Shown: positions 42,723 through 52,899, counted from the first letter of the stretch. The stretch: DNA of 64,000 nt from Candidatus Latescibacterota bacterium (GCA_965222075.1 OZ244937.1:608001-672000); one strand, 5' to 3'. Notes: generated by a model from the letters alone, not told the origin. Made by a program: numbers and translations.

Positions 42723-42760
42723 AAAAGGCCACGGCGCGAGTGGGGTGCCGTGGCCTTTTT
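42723..42760. terminator. Strong hairpin with A/T tails (terminator-like)
   Basis: AAAAGGCCACGGCGC-loop-GTGCCGTGGCCTTTT. Confidence 0.55.
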
Positions 42761-43098
42761 CTATTCATCTGAGAGGGTTCAAAAAAAAAGGCCCTCGCGC
42801 GAGTCGTTGGCGGGACGACGCGAGGGCTCCGAATCACACCGACAGGTAAAAACGGTGCGTTCACAATCAATTTATGAAATTCTCCGCCCGGTGGCAATAG
42901 ATTATTCTAAAAAAATCAAACCTTTGGGATAAAAGTTGCCGCCTGTAAACGGTCGAAGAAAGGAGGTCACACGATGCGTATCCGAATCAAGCTTGTGTGA
43001 AGCTGCACTTCTGTTGATCCCATGCTTCCGACCGGCACTGTGCTCAACACGTCCACTTGCGCTACGGCGCTGTCGCGCCTTGTGGCCAAAATAAGACC

Positions 43099-43127
43099 TT
43101 GCACACTATGCGTCATTGGCGTATAAT
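43099..43127 (+). promoter_or_regulatory. Sigma70 promoter with overlapping operator for the TA operon
   Basis: TTGCAC-17 nt-TATAAT. Imperfect palindrome TGCGTCA-T-TGGCGTA spans the spacer and -10. ATG lies 6 nt after the -10 box (leaderless). Confidence 0.7.
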
Positions 43128-43133
43128 AGATCT

Positions 43134-43451
43134 ATGATCTTTGTCGAAACGCCAATCTTCACAAAGGAGATATTGACACTATTACCCGATGAGGACTACC
43201 GGGCAATGCAACTGGCGCTACTATTGCGCCCGGAATCGGGAGAGATAATTCACCGTACGGGTGGCTTGCGAAAATTGAGATGGAAATTGCCGCACGGCGG
43301 CAAGCGGGGCGGTCTTCGTGTCATCTACTATTGGGACAAGCCTGACGAGGTCCTTTACATGCTCTGGGTGTATCGCAAGCGCCGACAGGAAGATCTCACC
43401 CCTCAACAGTCCAAGTTGCTTGGTAACCTCGTAAAGGAGTATCTCACATGA
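43134..43451 (+). CDS. higB: RelE/HigB2-family toxin
   Basis: Pattern FVET.IF...GGLRKLRW...GKRGG.RVIYY...Y.K..QEDLT. Confidence 0.88.
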   Translation: MIFVETPIFTKEILTLLPDEDYRAMQLALLLRPESGEIIHRTGGLRKLRWKLPHGGKRGGLRVIYYWDKPDEVLYMLWVYRKRRQEDLTPQQSKLLGNLVKEYLT

Positions 43452-43738
43452 ACGAGCGCGACTTTGACAAACTTGTAGCCAGCGTCAAGCAAGCCGGAGC
43501 TATCAAGCGCGGCAAGATGCAGCCAGAGCGCACTACCCGGATGGATCCGGTCGATATCAGGTTGATCCGAAAGAAACTGGATAAATCGCAATCTGAGTTT
43601 GCCCTGATGATTGGCATCAGCGTCTCTACATTGCAGAATTGGGAGCAGGGACGCCGCCATCCTGAGGGTCCCGCTCGGGCTCTGCTCAAGATTGCTTCAG
43701 AAAATCCCGAAGCAGTGGCGCGGTCATTAGGCGCTTGA
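43448..43738 (+). CDS. higA: HigA2/NadS-family XRE antitoxin
   Basis: SQ.EFA..IGISV.TLQNWEQGRR.P.GPARALL. ATGA overlap with the toxin. Confidence 0.88.
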   Translation: MNERDFDKLVASVKQAGAIKRGKMQPERTTRMDPVDIRLIRKKLDKSQSEFALMIGISVSTLQNWEQGRRHPEGPARALLKIASENPEAVARSLGA

Positions 43739-43845
43739 CAAGCCACTCAACCCCACCCCTGGCCACCCAGCCTCTAACACCGCGTCTGCGCTGTGGCACA
43801 TTGGCCCTACGGGCAACCCTTCGCTTCGCTCCGGGTTCGCAAACC

Positions 43846-43995
43846 GTGGAAACAATGCGCAATTCCGCTTGTGTGGTTCTTGCCGCCTACCCCGGACAGG
43901 GCCATTCTCTGGCGGAATGGAACCTTTCAAGCCGATTGGATTATTCGGAACGCATCCTGATGTGGTTTGATGAGCATCTGAAGAGGAATGGTTGA
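43846..43995 (+). pseudogene. C-terminal fragment of an S9 prolyl oligopeptidase
   Basis: YPGQGH (catalytic His)...DY.ER.L.WFDEHLK. No N-terminal part is present. Confidence 0.7.
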
Positions 43996-44045
43996 AGACG
44001 AGGTTTAATTCTGCTTCTTGCGCGTTGAACAGGCCTGTTTTTTTC

Positions 44046-44074
44046 TTGACTCCACAGGATTCAAAGTTTATCTT
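44046..44074 (+). promoter_or_regulatory. Sigma70 promoter of the putative 6S RNA
   Basis: TTGACT-17 nt-TATCTT. Confidence 0.55.
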
Positions 44075-44086
44075 TTTGAATGCTGT

Positions 44087-44292
44087 GGATGCTTTAAACT
44101 TTTCGAAAGGGTATTTTTCTTGATCCTGCAAGACCCACAAGCGCTGTTGCCGCCAGGAGGCTCTGTGAGGGTGGAGGTCTCTTTTGCCTCCCTCAGCATG
44201 GTGTCTTTTTTCGGCTTTGCATTTGGCGTAACAGCGGTTCATTCGGCCCCAGAGGGGAGAAGTGTGCCCATGCGTTTCGAGGAGTCGGATCC
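44087..44292 (+). ncRNA. ssrS: Probable 6S (SsrS) RNA
   Basis: Folded by hand into a ~205-nt rod. Closing stem 44087-44120 pairs with 44258-44292; ~18-nt bubble on each strand; inner stem AAGCGCTGTTGCCGCCA/TGGCGTAACAGCGGTT; apical TGAGGG..CCCTCA. Has its own promoter and terminator. Confidence 0.62.
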
Positions 44293-44327
44293 TTAATTTG
44301 CCGTATCTGAAATTTCTACAACAGGTT

Positions 44328-44363
44328 AGGCCGTGAGGATGCGTCTCGCGGCCTTTTTGTTTT
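44328..44363 (+). terminator. Intrinsic terminator after the ncRNA
   Basis: AGGCCGTGAG-loop-CTCGCGGCCT followed by a T-rich tail. Confidence 0.7.
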
Positions 44364-44399
44364 CCTGTCTGCGTGCGTGCAGCTGCACGCACAGGCAGG
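44364..44399. repeat. Third copy of the CCTGTCTGC...GCACAGGCAGG palindromic element
   Basis: CCTGTCTGCGTGCGTGCAGCTGCACGCACAGGCAGG. Confidence 0.75.
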
Positions 44400-44470
44400 T
44401 CGGCTTTGAAACCGTGGGTATTCCGTCTGAATACGCGCGGTTTTTTTTGGGTTAGAAGGATGTGGTGACG

Positions 44471-46330
44471 ATGACGATTCTGGAAGTGAACAGTCTGACA
44501 AAGGCCTTTGGGGCCAATACGATCTTAGAGGGCGTCTCCTTTAAGGTCAATCAGGGAGAGAAGGTGGGGTTGATCGGGGAGAACGGCTCGGGAAAGTCCA
44601 CTCTTTTAAAGATGATTGTCGGGATCGAGGAGGTTACCGGGGGGACGATTACAAAACCGAAGGGGCTCAGAATCGGTTACCTCGCCCAGCATCTGACGTA
44701 TCGGGAAGGGCATACGGTTTATGAGGAGGTCCTGGATGTTTTCGGTGCTGTCAGGAAGCTGGAAGCGGAACTCAAGGATCTCGAAGCCGAGATGGGCAAT
44801 TCCGGAACGGCTTCAGATGAGGACCGCCTTCAGGAGACCATGGGGCGATACGGCCGGCTCGTGGAAGCGTTCGAGCGTCTGGGGGGATACACCTACGAGC
44901 AGCGGATCGAGGCGGTGCTGGAAGGGCTGGGGATTTCCGGGATGCGGGACCGGCGGATTGGGTCGCTCAGCGGGGGAGAGAAGAATGTTGTGGCTCTGGC
45001 CAGGATGCTTCTGGAGGAGCCGGACATCCTGCTTTTAGATGAGCCGGGGAACCACCTGGATTTCGAGGGACTGGCGTGGCTGGAGGGATTTATCCGGAAT
45101 TACGGCAAGACCACGATTCTGGTCTCACACGACCGGTACCTGCTCGACCGGACCGTGGAGCGTATTCTGGAACTGGAGGACCGGAAGGCCGCGACCTATT
45201 CGGGCAACTATTCCACGTATCGGGCCGAGAAGCTGAGAAATCTGATCAAACAGAAGGCGGCCTACGAAGACCAGCAGAAGGAGGTCTGGCGGCTGGAAGA
45301 GATGATCAAACGGTTTGAACTCTGGGGCGGTAAGAAAAATTTCCGGCGAGCCCGAAGCAGACAGAAGATGCTGGATCGGATGGACAGGATCGAGCGGCCG
45401 GATCTGGACCGGAAGCGCATCGATCCCAGCTTCGGTTTTGAGGAACGGAGCGGCCGGATTACGCTGGAACTCAGGGGGTATTCGAAGGCTTTCGGAGATC
45501 GGGTGCTGTTTCAGGATGTGGACATGCTCCTCTCTTTTGGAGACCGTGCCGGCCTGCTGGGCGCCAACGGCACCGGCAAGACGACGCTGTTCAAGGATAT
45601 CCTGGAACAGGGCGCGTGGGAGAATCCGGTCTTGAGGATCGGTCCGAAGACGAAGATCGGGTATTACGCCCAGGAACACGAGACCCTGAACCCGGAGCGT
45701 TCGATTCTGGAGGAGGTGCGCCGGGAGAAGGGCCTGACGAAGGCCCAGGCCTTCACGGTGTTGTCCAAATTCCTCTTCCGGTGGGAGGATATGGATAAGA
45801 AGGTGAAAACGCTGAGCGGGGGAGAGAAGAGCCGCGTTCAACTGGCCAAGCTGATGGTGTCGGACGCGAATCTCCTGCTCTTAGATGAGCCGACCAACCA
45901 CCTGGATATCCAGTCGAGGGAACAGGTGGAGGAGGCGCTGGAGGTATTTGAGGGGGCTGTCCTGGTCATCTCTCATGACCGGTACTTTTTGGACCGGATC
46001 GTGGACCGGATCGTGGAAGTCAGAAATCCCGATCTGGTATTCTATCCGGGAAATTTCTCAGCCTTCTGGGAGAAGAAAAAGGCTGAACAGGGGAGTGCTT
46101 CGCCTGCAAGGAAGAAACGACCGGCTGCCAAAAAGAACACTGCACGGCCGCTTTCCATCGGTCCGGAAGAGATTGAGGAGAAGATTGAGAAATTTGAGGA
46201 GGAGAAGCTCAGGCTGGAACGGGCACTGGCCGAGACGTATCGGAATCGAGATTACAAGAGAGGGGAGAAGCTCAGCCAGCAGCTGCGGAAGCTGGAGGAC
46301 CGGGTTGAGGAACTCTATGATCTGCTGTAA
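44471..46330 (+). CDS. ABC-F family ATP-binding protein
   Basis: Two NBDs (GENGSGKS, GANGTGKT), LSGGEK twice, DEP.NHLD twice, no TM segments, C-terminal coiled coil. Confidence 0.92.
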   Translation: MTILEVNSLTKAFGANTILEGVSFKVNQGEKVGLIGENGSGKSTLLKMIVGIEEVTGGTITKPKGLRIGYLAQHLTYREGHTVYEEVLDVFGAVRKLEAELKDLEAEMGNSGTASDEDRLQETMGRYGRLVEAFERLGGYTYEQRIEAVLEGLGISGMRDRRIGSLSGGEKNVVALARMLLEEPDILLLDEPGNHLDFEGLAWLEGFIRNYGKTTILVSHDRYLLDRTVERILELEDRKAATYSGNYSTYRAEKLRNLIKQKAAYEDQQKEVWRLEEMIKRFELWGGKKNFRRARSRQKMLDRMDRIERPDLDRKRIDPSFGFEERSGRITLELRGYSKAFGDRVLFQDVDMLLSFGDRAGLLGANGTGKTTLFKDILEQGAWENPVLRIGPKTKIGYYAQEHETLNPERSILEEVRREKGLTKAQAFTVLSKFLFRWEDMDKKVKTLSGGEKSRVQLAKLMVSDANLLLLDEPTNHLDIQSREQVEEALEVFEGAVLVISHDRYFLDRIVDRIVEVRNPDLVFYPGNFSAFWEKKKAEQGSASPARKKRPAAKKNTARPLSIGPEEIEEKIEKFEEEKLRLERALAETYRNRDYKRGEKLSQQLRKLEDRVEELYDLL

Positions 46331-46499
46331 TGGGTGCTCCGAAGGGCGCCTGTGGTGGCAGCGGGCACTTCTGCCCTGCGAGCGTTTGGGGATTCACGAG
46401 GCGAAGGCGGTGGACGGAACCGCGCAGAAAAGCCCCTTCACCCCGGCCACCATATGTCGCCATTTGTGTTGTCCACCACTGCGTAGTGACCTTGATCCC

Positions 46500-46712
46500 C
46501 CCCTGGGAACGCGGGCGTCTCGCCCGCATGTTGGGGTAGGGTATGGTCGGACAAGGCCGTCATGCTCCCGGGAGCATGGGCATCTTGCCCTCGAAAATCG
46601 CTTGACGCCAGGGGAACTCGACAGTCCCACAAAGCAGCCCCCATCACTCCCCCCTTGAGGGGGAGTCGCAGAAGCCGAGCCGACAGGCGACGGCTGATGC
46701 GGTGGGGGGGGC
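46500..46712. repeat. Cluster of REP-like palindromic repeats
   Basis: GGGAACGCGGGCGTCTCGCCCGCA, the related GGGAGCATGGGCATCTTGCCC, and a CTCCCCCTTGAGGGGGAG hairpin unit. Confidence 0.55.
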
Positions 46713-46881
46713 CAGCCCACAGGCACCCGCAATGGAGGGACCGGGCGGGGCGGCTCTCACCACTCACCACTCTCTCCTGCTGTCCGATATCGGACACCAC
46801 TGTATCGCCAGCGGACACTTAAGGCCCCTCCAAAAAACCTCAATTTCAACTAATCTGTTGTAATCATTACAGAAACAATTT

Positions 46882-46897
46882 TGGTACGCTTATTGCA
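46882..46897 (+). promoter_or_regulatory. Sigma54 (-24/-12) promoter
   Basis: TGGTAC-N5-TTGCA, ~60 bp upstream of the permease ATG. Confidence 0.6.
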
Positions 46898-46957
46898 TCT
46901 ATCTAACGTTCATTAAGCCAGTCTGTCTTAAACCCTTTGATTTGTGGGCGTGTTGAC

Positions 46958-49354
46958 ATGATCAAAAATTACATTACTGTCGCCAGGCGCAACCTGCTGC
47001 GACAAAAACTGTACACTTTTATTCATATTTTTGGCCTGGCGTTGGGTATTGCGTGCTGTTTTCTGATGGCGCTGTTCGTGAAGCACGAGTGGTCGTTCGA
47101 TCAGTTTCATAAGAACAAAGCGCATTTGTTTCGGGTTGTGACGCAAGAGGTCAGGCCCAATGGTGGAATAAGACATCGAACGCTGTTTCCTCACACCATT
47201 GTAGAAGCGCTAAAAGACGACTTGCCAGGTATCATACGGGCAAGTGCATTTATGCGCCCGGAGGGTGGTTTCGAATATGGCGATCGGGAATTTGATGCGT
47301 TGGTGGGGCTTGTGAGTGCTGATTTTTTGACCCTTTTCACGTTTCCACTTCTGGCAGGCGACCCGGCTACGGCCCTGGGTCGACCTGATGCAATGGTGAT
47401 CAGTGAAACCGTTGCGCGAAAGGTCTTCGGTGGTGCTCAATTCGATTACAGCCACGTGTTGGGGCAGACACTCACATCAGGGGGATTGACATTTGAAATC
47501 ACAGGTGTTGCTGCCGATGTTCCGGATGTATCCAGTCTGAAATTCGATGTGTTGGCTTCGGTTGAACACCACAGGCATTTTGGAGGGAATTATGCCGACG
47601 GCGCGTATGCGTCGATCTATGTACAGCTGGCCGGAGGAAAGATGCCGGAAGGAATGGATGCGTCGCTCAGATCCTTCGCACGCACCCACCTGAGCAGGCG
47701 TATTGAGAATTTAAAACATTGGAATGTCATTCTGGGCGAAGAAGCATTTACGCTTATGCTGCAACCCCTGGTGGATGTATACTGGAACGCACAAATCCGG
47801 AATTCTTACGAGTTATCCGGTCATCTGGATGCCGTCTATGTTCTGTGGGGGCTTGCAGGGCTGGTGTTGCTGATTGCGTGCAGCAATTTCACAACCCTGT
47901 CCATCGCAAGCTCGGGGGGGCGGGCGCTCGAGGTCGGCTTGCGTAAGGTGTTGGGCGCAGGCCGCCATCAATTGATGCAACAATTCTGGAGCGAGGCGTT
48001 GTTGTTGAGCTTTTTGGGCGTCCTGCTGGGCGTTGCGCTGGCCGAGATGTTTTTGCCCATTTTCAATGGGTTGGTTCGGCGCGAACTCAATATTACGTAT
48101 TTTGGGGATGGATTTTTCTTCCTTTTTTTATTCGTCATTGTGGTCGCGGTCGGCCTGCTGGCCGGCAGTTATCCGGCTGCTGTGCTGTCGCGTCTTCAAC
48201 CGGTGTCCGCTTTGAAAGGTGGAATACGTATTGGGGGGCGCAGCCGGATGACGCGCACACTCATCGTACTGCAATATACGGCGTCGATCGCGTTGATGAT
48301 CTGCACGGGCGTGATGTTTGAGCAACAACACTATGTGCGCAACAGAAATTTGGGTTATGATCAGGAGCAAGTCGTCGTTGTTTATGCAAGGGAAAAGAAG
48401 CTTGCAGACCGTTACAAGCAGGAGATATTAAAAGCCCCGGACGTTTTAAATGCTACGATCGCGGACCGCGCTTTTACAAGCGGCTCGAACACAACCGTCT
48501 GTAAACTACCCGACGGCACGGTTTTTTCGGTTCGGGTGCTCGGGGTTGATCCCGATTATCTGTCCACACTGAGAATTCCTCTGCTTGCAGGCCGCAACTT
48601 TTCCAAGGCGCATCCAACAGATCGCGAACAGGCCGTGTTGATCAATGAAAGCCTGGCACAAAAACTCAAAATGGATAACCCCGTAGGCCAGTTGTTGCCG
48701 GGGTTTGGTTGGAGCGATATGAAGCCAGTCATTATCGGGATTGTAGACGATTTTCACATTGACTCATTGCACAAACGCATTCAGCCGCAGGTTTTGCAGA
48801 TGAAAAGGTTGAATAGCGGCCCGTATCTGCTCATTCGCATTCAGCCTGAAGATGTGTCCGGTACGCTTGCGTTTCTGGAAAAAACCTGGCAAGAGGTAGC
48901 CCCCAACAGGTTTTTCGCTCATTGGTTGCTGGATACTGCTCTTGATCGGCAATATCGCAATGAACAACGCTGGCAGCGGGTGCTAATTTATTCGGCGCTG
49001 TTTGCGATTACGATTTCGTGCCTTGGTTTGTTGGGGCTGGCGTCTCTGGCTGTGGCGCAGCGAACAAAGGAAGTCGGGATACGGAAGGTGCTGGGCGCGT
49101 CGGTGGGACATCTGGTAGGGTTGCTGTCGAAGGATTTCGTAAAATTGTTGATTGCAGCGAATGTGATCGCCTGGCCAGTAGCGTATTGGGCAATGGACAA
49201 GTGGCTGGCGAATTTTGCGTACCGTACCGAACTGAAAGTTGGTGTTTTTATATTGGCTGGCGGGTTGGCGATTTGTATCGCTCTGTTGACGGTGGGCCTT
49301 CAGACATTCAATGCCGCGCGGAGAAATCCTGTGGATGCCCTTCGACATGAATGA
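46958..49354 (+). CDS. MacB/FtsX-type ABC transporter permease
   Basis: Motifs A.RNL.R.K, EVG.RKVLGA twice and NPVDALRHE. Two periplasmic domains. Confidence 0.92.
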   Translation: MIKNYITVARRNLLRQKLYTFIHIFGLALGIACCFLMALFVKHEWSFDQFHKNKAHLFRVVTQEVRPNGGIRHRTLFPHTIVEALKDDLPGIIRASAFMRPEGGFEYGDREFDALVGLVSADFLTLFTFPLLAGDPATALGRPDAMVISETVARKVFGGAQFDYSHVLGQTLTSGGLTFEITGVAADVPDVSSLKFDVLASVEHHRHFGGNYADGAYASIYVQLAGGKMPEGMDASLRSFARTHLSRRIENLKHWNVILGEEAFTLMLQPLVDVYWNAQIRNSYELSGHLDAVYVLWGLAGLVLLIACSNFTTLSIASSGGRALEVGLRKVLGAGRHQLMQQFWSEALLLSFLGVLLGVALAEMFLPIFNGLVRRELNITYFGDGFFFLFLFVIVVAVGLLAGSYPAAVLSRLQPVSALKGGIRIGGRSRMTRTLIVLQYTASIALMICTGVMFEQQHYVRNRNLGYDQEQVVVVYAREKKLADRYKQEILKAPDVLNATIADRAFTSGSNTTVCKLPDGTVFSVRVLGVDPDYLSTLRIPLLAGRNFSKAHPTDREQAVLINESLAQKLKMDNPVGQLLPGFGWSDMKPVIIGIVDDFHIDSLHKRIQPQVLQMKRLNSGPYLLIRIQPEDVSGTLAFLEKTWQEVAPNRFFAHWLLDTALDRQYRNEQRWQRVLIYSALFAITISCLGLLGLASLAVAQRTKEVGIRKVLGASVGHLVGLLSKDFVKLLIAANVIAWPVAYWAMDKWLANFAYRTELKVGVFILAGGLAICIALLTVGLQTFNAARRNPVDALRHE

Positions 49355-49392
49355 AATACAGGCCAGATGGTCGCCAGTGATGATTGCTTTTC

Positions 49393-50808
49393 TTATCTAA
49401 CGTCGTATCGCAGGATGGTAACGAAGGCCCCGGCGAATCCCAGGACCGCCAGGAGCGCCAGATTGAGGATGTGGAAAGCGTTGCGGGACAGACAGGATCC
49501 GAGCGTTTCCGTGTCCTCGTAGACGAACCAGGAAAAGTCGGACAGGTCGGCGTCCCCTTCGAACAGCTTGCTGCTTATGAATTGGGAGAGGGTGATGAGA
49601 TACGCGTTCAAAGCGTCCTCAATCCTATCGTGTTTGGCAATACCCGTACGGGCCAGATCCATAGAGGTGAACGTTGCTGCTCCGTAGGGGGATAGCGCCG
49701 ACAGCCAGAGAGTCAGATTCTGCTGACGACGCATCTGATTCCGCCTTGAGGCCCGCAGTTCCGCGACTCGAGCGTAGAGCTCGGCATTCCACTTCGCTTC
49801 TATGCTGCCAAATGCGGCCGCCCGGGCTTCCTGAATCCTGGCTCTCTGTGCGTCTGTGAGTGCTTCCCGGTCTGCCACGGCGTTCCGGCTCTCATAGGCC
49901 TCGCGTTCGTCCCGGCTTCCTTTCATAGCCGTCCACCGCAGCGCATCCCTCTGTTTCTCCTGGGCATATATGCTATCTACAGGCACGACCCATTGCGCGA
50001 TTCGGACGGCAAGGTCGGGTAGCACGAAGATCCAGACAGTCCACAGTCCGAGGAGCCCCAGAAATGCCGTCATCCGTCTATGCGTGGCCGATGAGACCCA
50101 CAGCCCGAAGGCGGCAAAGACTGTTAGATAGAGGCCGAACAACACCATCAAGACGGCCATGCGGGCCCAGTCCTGGCCCTTCAGGTCCAGTTCAGGATGG
50201 AGCGTGAGGACGGCGACGGCCAGGGTGTAGGCGAAGGCGAACGGCAGCAGCACCGCAACGGTGGAACCGACGAGCTTGGCCAAAGCCAGGGTGGATCTGG
50301 GCACCGGATAGGATGCATAAAGCCGCAGCGTGCCCGCCTCTTTCTCGCCACAGACGGCATCGTGGATCAGCAGCAGCACACAGAGGCTGAGGATGACCTT
50401 AACGATAAACCTGAAATCGAGGACACCGAGGAGCGCGTTCACCGGATCGACAGAGAAGAGACTGTCTTCGAAAATAACCATCCGCTGATGCTTCATGACC
50501 ACTTCCTGCCCCACCTTGCCCGAAAGCCCGAAAATGAGGGGGCTGAGGACCTCGGGCGGCCGGTTCCACAGAATGCCCACCCTGATCAAATCGGTGACGC
50601 CGCGCCAGCCTCCCCTTTCGATAGACTTCTGGACATGCTCCCGGTTCTTATGAGTGACCGTCTGGTGCTGCTGCCGCATCCGGAGATAATTCTGAACGCC
50701 AATGTAGACACCCAGGACCGACAGCAAAGCACAGAGCAGGAAGATGGCCACGAATCGGTGGTCGAGCAGGTGGTTGAGGAGTTCCTTTTGAATCAGACGT
50801 CCAATCAT
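49393..50808 (-). CDS. ABC-2 type transporter permease
   Basis: Motifs LI.KE, D.VCGEKE.GTLRL..S.P and SP; ends LRYDVR. Confidence 0.85.
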   Translation of the reverse strand: MIGRLIQKELLNHLLDHRFVAIFLLCALLSVLGVYIGVQNYLRMRQQHQTVTHKNREHVQKSIERGGWRGVTDLIRVGILWNRPPEVLSPLIFGLSGKVGQEVVMKHQRMVIFEDSLFSVDPVNALLGVLDFRFIVKVILSLCVLLLIHDAVCGEKEAGTLRLYASYPVPRSTLALAKLVGSTVAVLLPFAFAYTLAVAVLTLHPELDLKGQDWARMAVLMVLFGLYLTVFAAFGLWVSSATHRRMTAFLGLLGLWTVWIFVLPDLAVRIAQWVVPVDSIYAQEKQRDALRWTAMKGSRDEREAYESRNAVADREALTDAQRARIQEARAAAFGSIEAKWNAELYARVAELRASRRNQMRRQQNLTLWLSALSPYGAATFTSMDLARTGIAKHDRIEDALNAYLITLSQFISSKLFEGDADLSDFSWFVYEDTETLGSCLSRNAFHILNLALLAVLGFAGAFVTILRYDVR

Positions 50809-50904
50809 GGCGGCTCCTTGATGCACAACTCTCCAGGTGGCAGTTCCGAGTGGCAAGTGGCGAGCAGCCCAAACTGGCTATCGGCTACTGACAGTTGTCT
50901 TGTC

Positions 50905-52359
50905 TCACCGGACATCGTAGCGCAGCATGCTCACATAGGCTCCGGAGAAGAAGACGAGGGCCCATAAGACTACGACCAACACATCCACCAGGGCCTTTCG
51001 GAGGACTCCGGCGGTGCCCGCTTCCTGAAACGTGAAGCGCGGTATCCCGGCGAGGTCCCACTTCTGCTTGCCATACTTGGCCGGATGGATCCCGCTCAGA
51101 ACATAGCGCTCCGATTTCTCTGTCCTCCACGGCGAGTATATCTGGCGGATATGGTTCCGGATGAAGGCCTCTTCGAAGCTCTGGTGCCGATTGATGCCGG
51201 TTCCGGCCAGGCGGACAACAGTGTTCCGGAACGCGAAGGCGGGCGACAATCGAGCCAGCACAACGGCCAGACGCGTCCGCTGGTCATACTTATTTCGAAA
51301 GTCTTCGTTCAGGCGGTCAATAAGCGGCTGACTCTGGTTGGTGAGAATTTCGTCCCGCGTCTTGAGGTAGTTGCGACGCTGGGCTTCGCGTCCCTCCGGG
51401 GTCCGCCACCATTCTTTTCCGGCCTGCCGGTCCCGCCATTCCCTGCGGGCTTCGCGCCACTTTCTCAGGTACTGGAGTTGGATGGCGTAGCGCTTTGCCT
51501 GGTGTTCGTGAATGGAAGGGGCAGGCCGAAGGGCGTCGGCCGCGATCAGACTCACTTTTGGGACAACCACAACGGTGGTAACCCAGTAGACCAGCAGAAT
51601 CACAAAAGAGGTGGCTGAACGGTGGGTCAGGCACGATGCGAAGAGACCCGCACAGGTGCAGGAGACCAGATAAAGCAAAAAAGCGACGACGATGCCCCCG
51701 AGGCGCACCCATTCAGGGTCGGTGATCCGCACCTGAGGCATCCATAGCAGCACGGCCAGGCCCAGGAGCAGGGGCAGTCCGAAGGCGCAAAGCGAGAGTG
51801 TGCAGATTCCAGCGAATTTGCTCAGCAGCAGCTGATGTTTCGGAACAGGGTACGACGAGACGAGCCGGAGGGTTCCGTTCTCTTTCTCGCCGCAGATCGC
51901 ATTGTAGATAAAGAGCAAGACGAACAGGCTAAGAACGGCCTGGGCCACGTGTCCGAGGTCCAGAGAGGGGAACACCCCCAGGATGGGCTCTGCCTCTACG
52001 GGGCTGCGCCTGAGCCGCCTCTGGGGAGTACCGGTACTGGAGATGGAGCGGCCCAGCGTGGGTTCCAGTCCGCGTATGAAGATGCTCATCTGTGTGGGGG
52101 GTTTGTGCTCAAAGAACCCTATGTTGGTGATCTCGTACCAGGGGTAGTACGGCACCACCCGGTTGGCCTCCTCGATCTGCCGGATGCGCTGTTCGGTTGC
52201 AGCCTGTGCGGAACGGTAGTCCCTGAGCCTGGCCAGATAGTCGGCATATCCGCTGTAGAGGCTCAGCCAGATCGTCAGGGCTCCTATTCCGGTTAGAATC
52301 AGAAAGCGCACGCTGAGAATGTGGTCCAGGATCTCTTTACGGATGAGATGACCGAACAC
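50905..52359 (-). CDS. ABC-2 type transporter permease (paralog of the downstream gene)
   Basis: GTG start after AAGGAGG. Motifs LIRKE and AICGEKENGTLRL; ends LRYDVR. Confidence 0.85.
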   Translation of the reverse strand: MFGHLIRKEILDHILSVRFLILTGIGALTIWLSLYSGYADYLARLRDYRSAQAATEQRIRQIEEANRVVPYYPWYEITNIGFFEHKPPTQMSIFIRGLEPTLGRSISSTGTPQRRLRRSPVEAEPILGVFPSLDLGHVAQAVLSLFVLLFIYNAICGEKENGTLRLVSSYPVPKHQLLLSKFAGICTLSLCAFGLPLLLGLAVLLWMPQVRITDPEWVRLGGIVVAFLLYLVSCTCAGLFASCLTHRSATSFVILLVYWVTTVVVVPKVSLIAADALRPAPSIHEHQAKRYAIQLQYLRKWREARREWRDRQAGKEWWRTPEGREAQRRNYLKTRDEILTNQSQPLIDRLNEDFRNKYDQRTRLAVVLARLSPAFAFRNTVVRLAGTGINRHQSFEEAFIRNHIRQIYSPWRTEKSERYVLSGIHPAKYGKQKWDLAGIPRFTFQEAGTAGVLRKALVDVLVVVLWALVFFSGAYVSMLRYDVR

Positions 52360-52899
52360 AATATTCCTCCTTGCAGACGAAGACCAGGGCGACGCGACCC
52401 CATCACGACCCTGGCCAATCGGCACCAGCACCCGGCCCCAGAACATGCCAGTGCATGTGCGGCGTCACACCGGGAGCCGCAGCATTGGCACGCACGTAAA
52501 ACCCCTCACCATTCTGAAATGAACAATTTTACGATGTCCAACCAACCAGAGAAAAAATAGGGCTTATTGATGCAAACGCAACTTCTTTCTGGGTCTTGCA
52601 CTCAAACCTTTACGACAATTGCGCGAGTTGGCTGCGCTTTCTCCAGAGGCAGAGAAGTAGATGGCTGATTCGATTGATCCCATCTTAATTGAGATAAACA
52701 AATCGCACGTTCCCCTCCAAACCCACCTCACGTTCTACAAAGCGGATACCCGTTGCCTGATGTGTCAGAATTCCCTATCTTAAAAGTATTCAATGGGATG
52801 TTCTTCTTAGTGGATGGATATTCTTTCATTTTCCGGGTGTTTCAAACCAGGTGGAGTGACCGATGTCAACGCGACAGGTTGTTATCGAAGTGCCGGAAA

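Noticed and set aside
42486-52590. Shared AACGCAACT motif at ~42493 and ~52575 as ends of a composite element
   Set aside because: Same orientation, short match, and no transposase or target duplication.
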